In this document: positions 7,896 to 17,029 of the stretch, piece after piece
Numbering within the stretch: position 1 is the stretch's first letter
Layout of the letters: every line of letters starts with the position of its first letter
Source: Pontixanthobacter sp.
Lineage (GTDB): Bacteria > Pseudomonadota > Alphaproteobacteria > Sphingomonadales > Sphingomonadaceae
Direction: 5' to 3'
Assembly: GCA_041741895.1 (NCBI GenBank)
Contig: JBGSJO010000042.1
Span: 1,790 to 65,789, forward strand
Length of the DNA: 64,000 nucleotides
Made by a program: the position numbers and the translations under genes
The notes under the pieces: model-generated
The model's input: the letters and a program-made list of their open reading frames with translations, nothing else
What the model was told of the DNA's origin: nothing
Database searches by the model: none

Positions 7896-8480
7896 TCAAG
7901 GCACCAGCCAGTTGCCGATCATCCTTTCATCCGAAAATTCGAACCGTGCCCGGCGATGTCCGGTGTTCGCCAGATAGAGCCAGTCGAACACTTCGACCCG
8001 GACCAGTAACACGGCAAAATTTTCTCGTCCGGGCGCCACCTGCGCTTCGGACGGGGTAATCCCCTCCACCCAATCCGGCAGACCCGATACCGGGCTATCG
8101 CATGAACCGCCCGGCGCGGATTCGGCAAGGTAGCAGCGTTTGGCGAAGGGCGTGGCCTGATCCCAGGCTGCATCCACCACTGCGCCGTTTGTGTCGACCC
8201 GGCCGATCCCCCTCGCCCTGATCTGGACCTTTGCTTCCGGATCGTAGAACAGGACCGTGATGGATGGATCGTCCTTGATCGCGGCGATTTTGGGACTGCG
8301 GGCATCGGTATGAAATCGCAGCGTCCTGGAAGCCAGGTCGAACGCGCGCAGCACCATCACCCGCAAATCGCCATCAGCGGTGCCGACAACCGGCGTGTGC
8401 ATCGGTGAACGGCGCCGAGTTGCCCCAAGATGCAGGTGATTGTGAATTGCGTTCAGGATCGGTTGGAGAGCTTGGGTCAT
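7896..8480 (-). CDS. Pyridoxamine 5'-phosphate oxidase-family FMN-binding protein
   Basis: 194 aa. Split-barrel family pattern: MHTPVVGTADGDLRVMVLRAFD...LRFHTDARSPK...VLFYDPEAKVQIRARG. Confidence 0.75.
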   Translation of the reverse strand: MTQALQPILNAIHNHLHLGATRRRSPMHTPVVGTADGDLRVMVLRAFDLASRTLRFHTDARSPKIAAIKDDPSITVLFYDPEAKVQIRARGIGRVDTNGAVVDAAWDQATPFAKRCYLAESAPGGSCDSPVSGLPDWVEGITPSEAQVAPGRENFAVLLVRVEVFDWLYLANTGHRRARFEFSDERMIGNWLVP

Positions 8481-8548
8481 AAACGTTCAAGATACGCGCA
8501 GGAGTGGCAAGTCAATCGCATAGGCATTCACCAAATCGATCGATTAGC

Positions 8549-8573
8549 TGAACGGTAGGCAATCGCTTTCGTT
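8549..8573. promoter_or_regulatory. Candidate EcfG-type (general stress sigma) promoter motif TGAAC-N16-CGTT, readable on both strands
   Basis: Plus strand: TGAAC GGTAGGCAATCGCTTT CGTT. The reverse complement of 8548..8576 reads TGAAC GAAAGCGATTGCCTAC CGTT. The consensus from the literature is GGAAC-N16/17-CGTT, so the first G is a T here. Confidence 0.3.
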
Positions 8574-8659
8574 CAGTTTCATGTCAGGTTAGATGAACTA
8601 AAACCATTTCATACCGCCGCAAATGTCCAGCTTCCGCGGCCGCTAACTGGAGAATCGAC

Positions 8660-9631
8660 ATGAATGTGAAGCGCCTCTTGATGACCAGTGGTCTGTCGGC
8701 TCTGGCTGCGGCCCTGGCCATGACATCGCTGCCAAGCGCAGCCGCCGCAGCTGAGCGCCCGGAACGCGCCGAACAACGCGACAATCGCGGATCCGTTGTG
8801 CGCCAGAGCCGCGCCGACCGCCGCGAGAGCCGTAGTGAAGCGCGGGTGCAACGCGAAACGCGGGCGGAACGGCAGCAGGCCGAGCGGCAGCAGCCCCAAC
8901 GGCCTCAGCAAAGCCAGGTGCGCGAACAAAGGCCAGCCCACGCCGAGCCAGCACAGCAACGCACAGTAACACGTGAAGTCACCCGCACAGTCGAACGTGA
9001 CCGTCAGGGTGATAGCGGCAATCGCAGTGATCGCGGCAATCGTCCGGCCATTGTGGACAGTCAGGTCAACAATCGCGGCGGTGAAGCAGTCCGCCGCCAG
9101 CATGAGCAGACCCGCACGAACCAGTCGAACGTGCGCGATCAGCGTGCGTCATCAGACCGGAACCGCAGTTATTCCGATCGAAACCGGAATGGCAGCTACT
9201 CAGACCGCAACCGCGAAAGCACCCGTGATCAGCGAAGCGATTATCACGGCGATCGGAATACTTATCGCAATGATCGGCGTGATACGCGGAATGATCGCAA
9301 TCACTACCGCGATCATCGCAATTGGGATCGCAACAGCTGGCGTAACAACAATCGGTACAATTGGCACGGGTATCGCGCCAGCAACCGCAACATCTACCGC
9401 CTGGGCCACTATTACGCGCCCTACCGAAACTATCGCTACAGCCGGTTGAACATCGGCTTCCGCCTTGGTTCGGTATTCTTCGGTAGCCGTTACTGGATCA
9501 ATGACCCCTGGCAGTACCGCCTGCCGGAAGTTTACGGCCCCTATCGCTGGGTCCGGTATTATGACGACGTCCTGCTGGTGGATATTTATTCCGGCGAAGT
9601 GGTCGACGTGATCCACGACTTCTTCTGGTAA
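8660..9631 (+). CDS. Exported RcnB-like (YohN family) protein with a long Arg/Asp/Asn/Glu low-complexity region
   Basis: Signal peptide MNVKRLLMTSGLSALAAALAMTSLPSAAAA; about 230 aa of charged low complexity with SYSDRNR repeats; C-terminus YRLPEVYGPYRWVRYYDDVLLVDIYSGEVVDVI resembles the RcnB domain. GGAGAA RBS. Confidence 0.65.
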   Translation: MNVKRLLMTSGLSALAAALAMTSLPSAAAAAERPERAEQRDNRGSVVRQSRADRRESRSEARVQRETRAERQQAERQQPQRPQQSQVREQRPAHAEPAQQRTVTREVTRTVERDRQGDSGNRSDRGNRPAIVDSQVNNRGGEAVRRQHEQTRTNQSNVRDQRASSDRNRSYSDRNRNGSYSDRNRESTRDQRSDYHGDRNTYRNDRRDTRNDRNHYRDHRNWDRNSWRNNNRYNWHGYRASNRNIYRLGHYYAPYRNYRYSRLNIGFRLGSVFFGSRYWINDPWQYRLPEVYGPYRWVRYYDDVLLVDIYSGEVVDVIHDFFW

Positions 9632-9673
9632 ACCGCCCAGGTCCGCTTCTGAAAGCGAGTGGCCGAAACCGAC

Positions 9674-9712
9674 ATGAAAGCCCCCGCCAGAAATGCTGGC
9701 GGGGGCTTTCAT
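9674..9712. terminator. Bidirectional rho-independent terminator between convergent genes
   Basis: Perfect 17-bp stem ATGAAAGCCCCCGCCAG / CTGGCGGGGGCTTTCAT with a 5-nt loop, T-rich flanks on both strands. Confidence 0.8.
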
Positions 9713-9759
9713 TTACGCCGGTTGGGTGGGCTCAGGGGGCCCAAGCCTGAACCCAAGCC

Positions 9760-10314
9760 TCAGGATCTGACCGTGCCGAAGGACAGCATCTTGAACAGCG
9801 TGCCGTCCTTGTCCCAGAAAGTGTGCTTCAATGCGCCGAGGATGTGCAGTGCGATCAGGTAGATCATGATTTCACCCCCCGTCTTGTGCAGGCCGATGAT
9901 CTGCCCGCCAATATCCTTAGATTCGCCGACCGGTAGTGCGGGCACTGCAAACAGGCCCCACATATCCACGCCGTAGCCGTAAAAAGATGTCGCGAGCCAG
10001 CCCCCTATCGGCAGGCCGATCAGCAACACATAGAAAAGAACGTGAACGCCGCGCGCCAGCAACCGCTGCCATTTTGCGACCGCTTTCGACATCGGCGGCA
10101 CCGGGTGGGTCAAACGCCATGCCAGCCGCCCGAGCGTCAGCAACAGGATCGTGATCCCCAGCGCCTTGTGGTGCCCCATCCAATAGGCCTCGTCTGCTTT
10201 GGATGCGTGTTCAGCAGCCTCGACAATACGCCAGGTAACAATCACCGCAATCGCAATCAGCCAATGGAAAATCATTGCCCCGATGGAATAGCGGCTATGC
10301 GCAGGATCGGTCAT
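9760..10314 (-). CDS. Cytochrome b561 family protein (CybB-like)
   Basis: Four predicted TM helices with conserved His (IFHWLIA, GHHKALG, GLHKTGG, ALHILGA). ATG at 10314 is preceded by AAAGG; the ORF start at 10329 is TTG. Confidence 0.85.
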   Translation of the reverse strand: MTDPAHSRYSIGAMIFHWLIAIAVIVTWRIVEAAEHASKADEAYWMGHHKALGITILLLTLGRLAWRLTHPVPPMSKAVAKWQRLLARGVHVLFYVLLIGLPIGGWLATSFYGYGVDMWGLFAVPALPVGESKDIGGQIIGLHKTGGEIMIYLIALHILGALKHTFWDKDGTLFKMLSFGTVRS

Positions 10315-10417
10315 CAGACAGCCTTTCAAAGTGAATATCCCGTAAGTGCTAGCAAGTTAATCCGCCGCGGCAAGCACCGGCTTGCGGACATGGGGCCGAA
10401 TGCTAGAGATAGCTGTT

Positions 10418-11086
10418 ATGGCAAAAACGGAAATCACCCCAGACAAAGACGCTCTCAAAAGAGTGGGCGCAAATGTTCGCAAACGGCTGGAGGCGGACCC
10501 GAAGGCCTACAAGGTTCCCACTGACAGGGCCGAGATTTTCGCGGTCGGTAAATTTCTGACCGGCACGGAATGTACCCGGCTGATGCGCATGATCGATGTC
10601 GTGGCGCAGCCCAGCAAACTGTTCGACCAGGATTATTCCACTGGCATTCGCACATCCTATTCCGGCAATTTCGATGCGCGTGATCCGTTTGTTCAGGGTA
10701 TCTCGCGGCGGATTGACGATTTGCTTGGCATGAAACCGGAATGCGGCGAAACGATACAGGGCCAGCGCTATTTGCCGGGCCAGGAATTCAAACCCCATAA
10801 TGACTGGTTCTATACCGATCAGGATTACTGGAAACCGGAACGAAAGCGCGGCGGGCAGCGCTGCTGGACCGCGATGGCGTTTCTCAACCCGGTCGACAAG
10901 GGCGGCGAAACCCACTTTACCGAAATCGGGATCAACATCGCGCCCAAGCCCGGCGTGCTGCTGGCGTGGAACAATGCGCTGCCCGATGGCCGCCCCAACC
11001 CCGATACGATGCACGCGGGGACACCTGTGATCGAGGGCATCAAATATGTGATCACAAAATGGTATCGCACACGGCCCTGGAAATGA
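10418..11086 (+). CDS. 2OG-Fe(II) oxygenase (prolyl 4-hydroxylase-like)
   Basis: GQRYLPGQEFKPHNDWFY (HxD), TMHAGTPV (distal His), KYVITKWYR (Arg/Lys for 2OG). Confidence 0.8.
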   Translation: MAKTEITPDKDALKRVGANVRKRLEADPKAYKVPTDRAEIFAVGKFLTGTECTRLMRMIDVVAQPSKLFDQDYSTGIRTSYSGNFDARDPFVQGISRRIDDLLGMKPECGETIQGQRYLPGQEFKPHNDWFYTDQDYWKPERKRGGQRCWTAMAFLNPVDKGGETHFTEIGINIAPKPGVLLAWNNALPDGRPNPDTMHAGTPVIEGIKYVITKWYRTRPWK

Positions 11087-11123
11087 CCGGCCTCGCGGGG
11101 GGAGGGGCGGGAAGCTGTCCGCC

Positions 11124-11657
11124 CTACCCGCTATCGCCATCCATCCGTTGATGTTCGCGCGCCTCGAACCGGTCCAGCACCTTGTTTAGCCGCCCGGACA
11201 GCCGCAGGATTTCGATCTGGGTACGCAGGTTTACTTCGTAATCGTGACGGGCCGCGATCCGGTCTTTCTTGGCCTGCCGGTTCTGGCTCATCATGATGAC
11301 CGGGGCCTGGATGGCCGCCAGCATCGACAGGATCAGATTGAGAAAAATAAACGGAAATTGATCGAACGCCGGGAACCCGAGACCTTCCAGCACGCGGCTG
11401 TTGATTAACATCCATAATATCAGCACGAACAGGAAAGTGAGAATGAAGGCCCAACTCCCCCCGACCGCTGCAACCCTGTCCGCCACCCGATCGCCCCGGC
11501 TGGCATTCGCTTGAGCGCGTTCATCGGCGTCCAGACCGGTCAACGTTCCGCTGGCCACGCGGATCAGGACATTACGTTCGTCAGCGTCCAGATCTCCGAA
11601 ATCCCGGCCAAGCAGTTCCTCGGCCAGAGTTTCGGGGTCACTGCGGGTTTCGATCAT
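11124..11657 (-). CDS. DUF1003 family membrane protein
   Basis: GGSWAFILTFLFVLILWMLINS ... FPFIFLNLILSMLAAIQAPVIMMSQNRQAKKDR pattern. Its ATG overlaps the lysK stop (ATGA). Confidence 0.8.
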   Translation of the reverse strand: MIETRSDPETLAEELLGRDFGDLDADERNVLIRVASGTLTGLDADERAQANASRGDRVADRVAAVGGSWAFILTFLFVLILWMLINSRVLEGLGFPAFDQFPFIFLNLILSMLAAIQAPVIMMSQNRQAKKDRIAARHDYEVNLRTQIEILRLSGRLNKVLDRFEAREHQRMDGDSG

Positions 11658-13267
11658 TTTTCGAGCGCCTCTGCAATCAGCTTGCGGGTGTTTTCCATGC
11701 CGTAAAGGACAATAAAACTGCCCATCCGCGGCCCCTGCGAACTGCCGAGAAGTGTTTCATACAGCGCCCGGAACCAGTCCCGCAGATTTTCGAAACCGAA
11801 GCGTTCATCCTTGCCGATTTCGTAAACCCTGGTTTGCAGATCCTCTGCCGAAATGCCGTCCTCCAATTGTGCCAATTGTGCATCCAGCGCCGCCAGCGCC
11901 GCCGCTTCATTGGCCGTCGGCGCGCGCTTTTTCAAAGTTGGCGCAACAAAATCACGATTATAGGCGAGTGCGCAGGTCACCAACACGTCCAGTTCCGGAT
12001 GGGCCGCAGGTTCAGCATTCTGGACATAATTGCCGAGATAGGACCAGACTTGTTCGCGGGTTGCGTTCGCGCCGAGCACGCCGACCAGATTGAGCAGCAA
12101 GCCATAGGTCACCGGCAGCGTATCGCCCGCACCGGGCGCGTCTGCACCCACCATGCCGCCATTGGCGCGGGCGAGATGCCACACGGGATTGCCCAATTGC
12201 TTGTCTAGCGGCTGCTCCGCCAACCGTTCGCGGAATTGCCAATATTCGTCGACCGCACGCGGCACCACACCGACATGCAATTGCTTGGCGCTCTTGGGAT
12301 TGGGGAAGATGTAGAAGCCCAGCGATTCCTCGCTGCCATAGCGCAGCCATTCCTCGATCGTCAGGCCGTTGCCCTTGGACTTGGAAATCTTCTCGCCATT
12401 TTCGTCCAGGAACAATTCGTAGATCAGCCCTTCCGGCTTGCGCCCGCCCAGCACCTGCGCGATCTTACCCGACTGGACCCCGCTATCGGTCAGATCCTTG
12501 CCATACATTTCATAATCGACGCCCAGCGCCACCCAGCGCATAGCCCAATCGACTTTCCATTGCAGTTTGGCCTGCCCGCCAAGTGCAGATTGCTCGACGG
12601 TTTCTCCGGTCACATCCTCGAACCGGATGATCCCGGCATCGGCATCGACAATCTCCACCGGCACCTGAAGCACCGCGCCGCTGACCCGCGAAACCGGCAG
12701 GATCGGGGAATAGGTCGCCGCGCGTTCCGCCCGCAAAGTCGGCAGCATGATATCGAGAATGTCCTGATTGCGCTGCAGCACAGTTTTCAATGCATCATCG
12801 AATTGCCCTGAATTATAGCATTCTGACGATGATACGAATTCATATTCGAAACCGAAGCGGTCGAGGAATTCCCGCAGCATCGCATTATTGTGCGCTGCGA
12901 AACTGCCGAACTTTTCGAACGGATCGGGGATCCTGCTGAGCGGCTTGCCGAGATTTTCCGTCAGCATTGCCGGATTTGGCACATTATCCGGCACTTTGCG
13001 CAAACCGTCCATATCGTCACTGAAAGCGATCAGCCGGGTCGGGGCACCGGTTAACGCTTCATAGGCACGGCGCACAAAAGTCGTCCGCAGGACTTCCTGG
13101 AATGTGCCAATATGCGGCAAGCCCGACGGACCATATCCGGTTTCGAAGATCATCGGTGCGCCATCTGGTTTGATGCCGCCCGGATACCGTTTGGCAAGCC
13201 GCTGCGCCTCTTGAAACGGCCATGCCTTGGAATTTCTTGCGGCGGTGATCAGGTCTGCGTCAGTCAT
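11654..13267 (-). CDS. lysK: Lysine--tRNA ligase, class I
   Basis: GYGPSGLPHIGTFQEV (HIGH-type) and KISKSKGNG (KMSKS-type) motifs, with class I LysRS length and architecture. MTDADL start at 13267. Confidence 0.92.
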   Translation of the reverse strand: MTDADLITAARNSKAWPFQEAQRLAKRYPGGIKPDGAPMIFETGYGPSGLPHIGTFQEVLRTTFVRRAYEALTGAPTRLIAFSDDMDGLRKVPDNVPNPAMLTENLGKPLSRIPDPFEKFGSFAAHNNAMLREFLDRFGFEYEFVSSSECYNSGQFDDALKTVLQRNQDILDIMLPTLRAERAATYSPILPVSRVSGAVLQVPVEIVDADAGIIRFEDVTGETVEQSALGGQAKLQWKVDWAMRWVALGVDYEMYGKDLTDSGVQSGKIAQVLGGRKPEGLIYELFLDENGEKISKSKGNGLTIEEWLRYGSEESLGFYIFPNPKSAKQLHVGVVPRAVDEYWQFRERLAEQPLDKQLGNPVWHLARANGGMVGADAPGAGDTLPVTYGLLLNLVGVLGANATREQVWSYLGNYVQNAEPAAHPELDVLVTCALAYNRDFVAPTLKKRAPTANEAAALAALDAQLAQLEDGISAEDLQTRVYEIGKDERFGFENLRDWFRALYETLLGSSQGPRMGSFIVLYGMENTRKLIAEALEK

Positions 13268-13463
13268 GGTGCAGCCTTTTGCGGCATGTTCGATTTTTCG
13301 CAAGTGCGAAAGGTGCCGCAGAACAAATCAGCGCGCAGCCCTTTCAGGCCAGGCAATCAGCCATTACCCGGCATTCGCGGCTGTTGAGGGACCCTCTCGA
13401 TCAAATTTCGGGGTACGCAAATCCCGAGCGGATGCCTGGGCACCCGCGCAGGTTGATCAATAT

Positions 13464-13916
13464 TCAGTCGGACCACTGGCCCGTGCCGCGCCCTACTCCG
13501 TCCTTACCCATCCAGGTCGTACCGCCGCCGCGGCCTGCATACTTGCCTGTCTTGCCGTACAAGCCGCCGACACATCCCTGCGCGCCGTCATCCATGATTG
13601 TACAGCCGAAGGTCGCCGTATAGCTACCATTCGGGCCCGAGGCATCGCAAATGGTGTGTACGTCAAAAATTTTGGCATTGGGCGGCTGTGTTGTGCCGAT
13701 GCAGGTATATGTTTCGCTAGTCTTGGTCCCGTCTGCCCACACGATGCTCATATCTCCATCATTGGCAGTCCCGCCGATCGTGCGTCCGTTCGGCGCGGTC
13801 GTCCCGACCTCCATTCCTGGCTTGTCCTTCGTAGAATATGTGTAGGTCTGCGCTTGAGCAGCACTGAAAGTAAATGCCGCCACCAAAGCCGCTATTGCTG
13901 AAATATTCCTTTTCAT
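13464..13916 (-). CDS. Hypothetical secreted Gly/Thr-rich protein with six cysteines
   Basis: Signal peptide MKRNISAIAALVAAFTFSAAQA. No family recognised. The 5' half is visibly less GC-rich than neighbouring genes. Confidence 0.6.
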   Translation of the reverse strand: MKRNISAIAALVAAFTFSAAQAQTYTYSTKDKPGMEVGTTAPNGRTIGGTANDGDMSIVWADGTKTSETYTCIGTTQPPNAKIFDVHTICDASGPNGSYTATFGCTIMDDGAQGCVGGLYGKTGKYAGRGGGTTWMGKDGVGRGTGQWSD

Positions 13917-14228
13917 ATTAAATCCTTCCCAGTTATTGGTTGGTATATTCAAATAATAAATCGGAAAATACTAATTATCGCCATAACTGACGACTTAAAT
14001 TGCAATGCGACCATATTGGAGTCGGCTATTGAGCCGAGACTTGAAATAATTTACATATTTTGAATAACAAGTCAATTTTTGGTGTAAAAATGAGTGTTCC
14101 CCCTTGTCAAAAAATTCTATAAATACTTCAAAATATTGATTTTATCAGGACAGTTCAGCCGCATTTTGCTCTGGCTGCGCTTTTCAGCAAAATAGGCACT
14201 GAATAAATTTATCCATCCATACCACCCG
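13917..14228. other. AT-rich divergent intergenic region (about 34% G+C)
   Basis: Hand count: 101 G+C in the 300 nt 13921..14220. The adjacent coding line 14281..14340 has 40/60. Contains A/T tracts and TTGAA(A)TAA-type repeats. Confidence 0.8.
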
Positions 14229-17012
14229 ATGTTTACTTTACGTTCCGCCCTTTCCATAGCTAGCGCGATGCCGCAGCCGCTTCCTCTCCCCGCGCTTCAC
14301 GCCAGCCATGCCGGGACTTGGCTGCGCGATGCCAATGGCAACACCCGCGGCGTTTCCAAGGGCGAGGCGATCATGGCAGCGGCAGATACGCCGCTGCTGA
14401 TGCTGAACGCGCCGCTCGTGGCATCGCGATTGGGCTATCCCGACCTGTCCGGCCTCGACTTGCTGGAATTATTCGCCTTCATCCATCCCGCGCGGTTTGT
14501 GGTGCCGACGCCAAAAGGGCTGGCACACGCGCTGGAACTGGACGAACCGGAAAGTGACGACCAGATCCCGGCCCTGTTGCAAATGGCCGCCGGGGTATTG
14601 CTGGAAGCCTGCGAGCGCGCGGATTGGGCGCAGCGGGACGGTGCCTGGTCCAGCCTTCAATCGCTGGCCAAGATGCGCTGGCCCTGGGCGCAAATCTGCG
14701 CGACGCATATCAAACGCCCTGAACAGGCCGAGAAATGGCTGTTCGCCAAACTGTCCGAATGGGACGAGGTGCCTGATCGGCCGCAGCCGAGGCAGATCAT
14801 TCTGTCAGAAGACGAGGTGGAGGCTCAGCTCGACCATCTGACAGGCGACGGCGCGGAACGGCGCGACGGGCAACGGATGTATGCGCGCGAAGTTGCCAGG
14901 ATTTTCGCGCCGAGGGCGCAGCAGGGCCTGCCCCATGTCTTGCTGGCGCAAGCCGGGACCGGCATCGGCAAGACGCTGGGTTATCTCGCCCCGGCATCGC
15001 TATGGGCCAGCGCGGCGCAAGGCACGGTCTGGGTGTCTACCTACACCAAGAACCTGCAGCGCCAATTGCGCGCAGAAAGCCGCCGTGCCTGGGACGAACA
15101 GCGCGCCGATGGCACGCAGCCAGTGGTGGTGCGCAAGGGGCGTGAAAACTACCTGTGCCTGCTCAATCTGGAGGATGCACTGCAAGGCGGGTTTGGCGGG
15201 CGGGCGGCGATCCTGGCGCAATTAGTGGCGCGGTGGGCGGGATTTTCGCGCGACGGGGACATGATCGGCGGGGATTTGCCCGGTTGGCTGGGTACATTAT
15301 TTGGCAAACGGGGCATTTCCGCCCTGACCGATCAGCGCGGCGAATGCATCTATGCCGGGTGCCCGCATTACCGAAAATGCTTCATCGAACGCGCGGCCCG
15401 TGCCAGCGCGCAGGCCGATTTGGTCATCGCCAACCATGCGCTGGTGATGATCAACGCAGCGAGAGGCCGCGACCATGCCCAGCGCCCGACCCGGATCATC
15501 TTCGACGAAGGGCACCACGTATTCGACGCGGCAGATTCGACCTTTGCCGCCGCGCTGTCGGGACAGGAAGCGATCGAATTGCGCCGCTGGATCATCGGGC
15601 CGGAACGCAAGGCACGCGGCCGCAGGCGTGGGTTGGCAGCGCGGCTGGCCGATGTCGCCAGCTATGACGAGGCGGGCGGCAAAGCGGTCGAGGATGCCAT
15701 TCGCGCGGCCCAGGCCATGCCGTCCGACGGTTGGCTGCAACGGCTGCATGATGGCGAGCCCTATGGCCCCTTGGAAACATTGTTCGCGGGGGTCCGCGCG
15801 GTAACCTATGCCCGCGATGAAAGCGCCAACGGGCTTGCAGGTCAGGAAGCTGGCTACGGCATCGAAACCGAGGCGGCCGGACTGGACGGCAATTTTGTGC
15901 AATTGGCCGGACAGGCACAGGCCGCGCTGGCTGCCATTCGCCATCCGCTGGTCACCCTGGGCGGACGACTCGAAGCGGTGGTGGAAGATGCGCCCGACTG
16001 GCTGGATGCGCAGGGCCGTGCACGGATCGAAGGCGCGCGCCATTCGCTCGGTTGGCGCGTGGATTTGCTGACCGCGTGGGAAGCTTTGCTCGACCGGTTG
16101 GGCGGCCCGACGGATCCTGAATTTGTCGATTGGCTGGCGGTTGACCGGTCCGACGCCCGCGAATTCGATATTGCGATCCATCGGCGTTGGCTGGATCCGA
16201 TGAAGCCCTTCGCGCGCGTGGTTCTGGAACCGGCACATGGCGTGATGCTCACCTCCGCCACACTCACCGATCGGGGGGCTGACGGTCAGGAATGGGAGGG
16301 TGCGATCATCCGTTCCGGCGCACCGCATATCGATGTTGCGCCGCATCTGGCCGCCGCCGCCAGCCCATTCGACTATGCCAATCAGGCCGAAGTATTGATC
16401 GTCACCGATATAAAGCGCGGCGACATACCGGCCCTGGCGGGTGCCTATGCCCGGTTGATAGAGGCTGCGGGCGGCGGTGTGCTGGGTCTGTTCACTGCAA
16501 TCCGCCGGATGCGCGCGGTGCATGGGCGCATTGCCGACCGTCTCGCCCGCGCTGGATTGCCGCTATATGGCCAGCATGTCGATCCAATCGACACCGGCAC
16601 TCTGGTGGATATATTTCGCGATGATCCGCGCGCCACACTGCTTGGCACCGATGCCTTGCGCGACGGGGTGGATGTACCGGGGGAAAGCCTGCGCTGCGTG
16701 GTGATGGAACAGGTTCCGTGGCCGCGCCCGACAATCCTGCACCGCGCGCGCCGCGCGGCAAATGGCGGCAGCACCTATGATGACCGGCTGATCCGTGCGA
16801 AACTGGCGCAAGCATTTGGGCGGCTGATCCGCAGCAAGGATGACCGCGGTCACTTCGTGGTCCTGTCCGCCGCATTCCCCAGCCGCCTGCTCAGCGCCTT
16901 TCCGCCTGGCACCCCTGTCACACGTGTGACACTGGAGGAGGCTTTACAACGCCTCGGCAAACGTGTTTGCCAACCAGAAACCGCATCAGGCGGCACGCAG
17001 CGAACCCAATGA
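14229..17012 (+). CDS. DinG/XPD-like (DEAD_2 / Helicase_C_2) ATP-dependent DNA helicase with Fe-S cysteines and an N-terminal extension
   Basis: Walker A AQAGTGIGKTLGY; four Cys (ENYLCLL, RGECIYAGCPHYRKC); DEGH box IIFDEGHHVFD; C-terminal LTSATL, GTDALRDGVDVPGESL and RLIRSKDDRGHFVVL. Confidence 0.88.
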   Translation: MFTLRSALSIASAMPQPLPLPALHASHAGTWLRDANGNTRGVSKGEAIMAAADTPLLMLNAPLVASRLGYPDLSGLDLLELFAFIHPARFVVPTPKGLAHALELDEPESDDQIPALLQMAAGVLLEACERADWAQRDGAWSSLQSLAKMRWPWAQICATHIKRPEQAEKWLFAKLSEWDEVPDRPQPRQIILSEDEVEAQLDHLTGDGAERRDGQRMYAREVARIFAPRAQQGLPHVLLAQAGTGIGKTLGYLAPASLWASAAQGTVWVSTYTKNLQRQLRAESRRAWDEQRADGTQPVVVRKGRENYLCLLNLEDALQGGFGGRAAILAQLVARWAGFSRDGDMIGGDLPGWLGTLFGKRGISALTDQRGECIYAGCPHYRKCFIERAARASAQADLVIANHALVMINAARGRDHAQRPTRIIFDEGHHVFDAADSTFAAALSGQEAIELRRWIIGPERKARGRRRGLAARLADVASYDEAGGKAVEDAIRAAQAMPSDGWLQRLHDGEPYGPLETLFAGVRAVTYARDESANGLAGQEAGYGIETEAAGLDGNFVQLAGQAQAALAAIRHPLVTLGGRLEAVVEDAPDWLDAQGRARIEGARHSLGWRVDLLTAWEALLDRLGGPTDPEFVDWLAVDRSDAREFDIAIHRRWLDPMKPFARVVLEPAHGVMLTSATLTDRGADGQEWEGAIIRSGAPHIDVAPHLAAAASPFDYANQAEVLIVTDIKRGDIPALAGAYARLIEAAGGGVLGLFTAIRRMRAVHGRIADRLARAGLPLYGQHVDPIDTGTLVDIFRDDPRATLLGTDALRDGVDVPGESLRCVVMEQVPWPRPTILHRARRAANGGSTYDDRLIRAKLAQAFGRLIRSKDDRGHFVVLSAAFPSRLLSAFPPGTPVTRVTLEEALQRLGKRVCQPETASGGTQRTQ

Positions 17013-17029
17013 AGGCAGGCAATCCGGAC

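Noticed and set aside
8880-9460. Periodic short repeats that could superficially suggest a CRISPR-like or minisatellite array.
   Set aside because: The repeats are degenerate, in frame and lack unique spacers. They encode the low-complexity region of the RcnB-like protein. The same reasoning applies to the rplU tail (39955..40200).
14229-17012. The DinG-like helicase considered as the core of a phage-defence system.
   Set aside because: There is no nuclease, methyltransferase, Cas, ATPase partner or other defence-type neighbour. The flanks are housekeeping genes (lysK, soxR, ubiA). It is kept only as a low-priority domain-architecture question.
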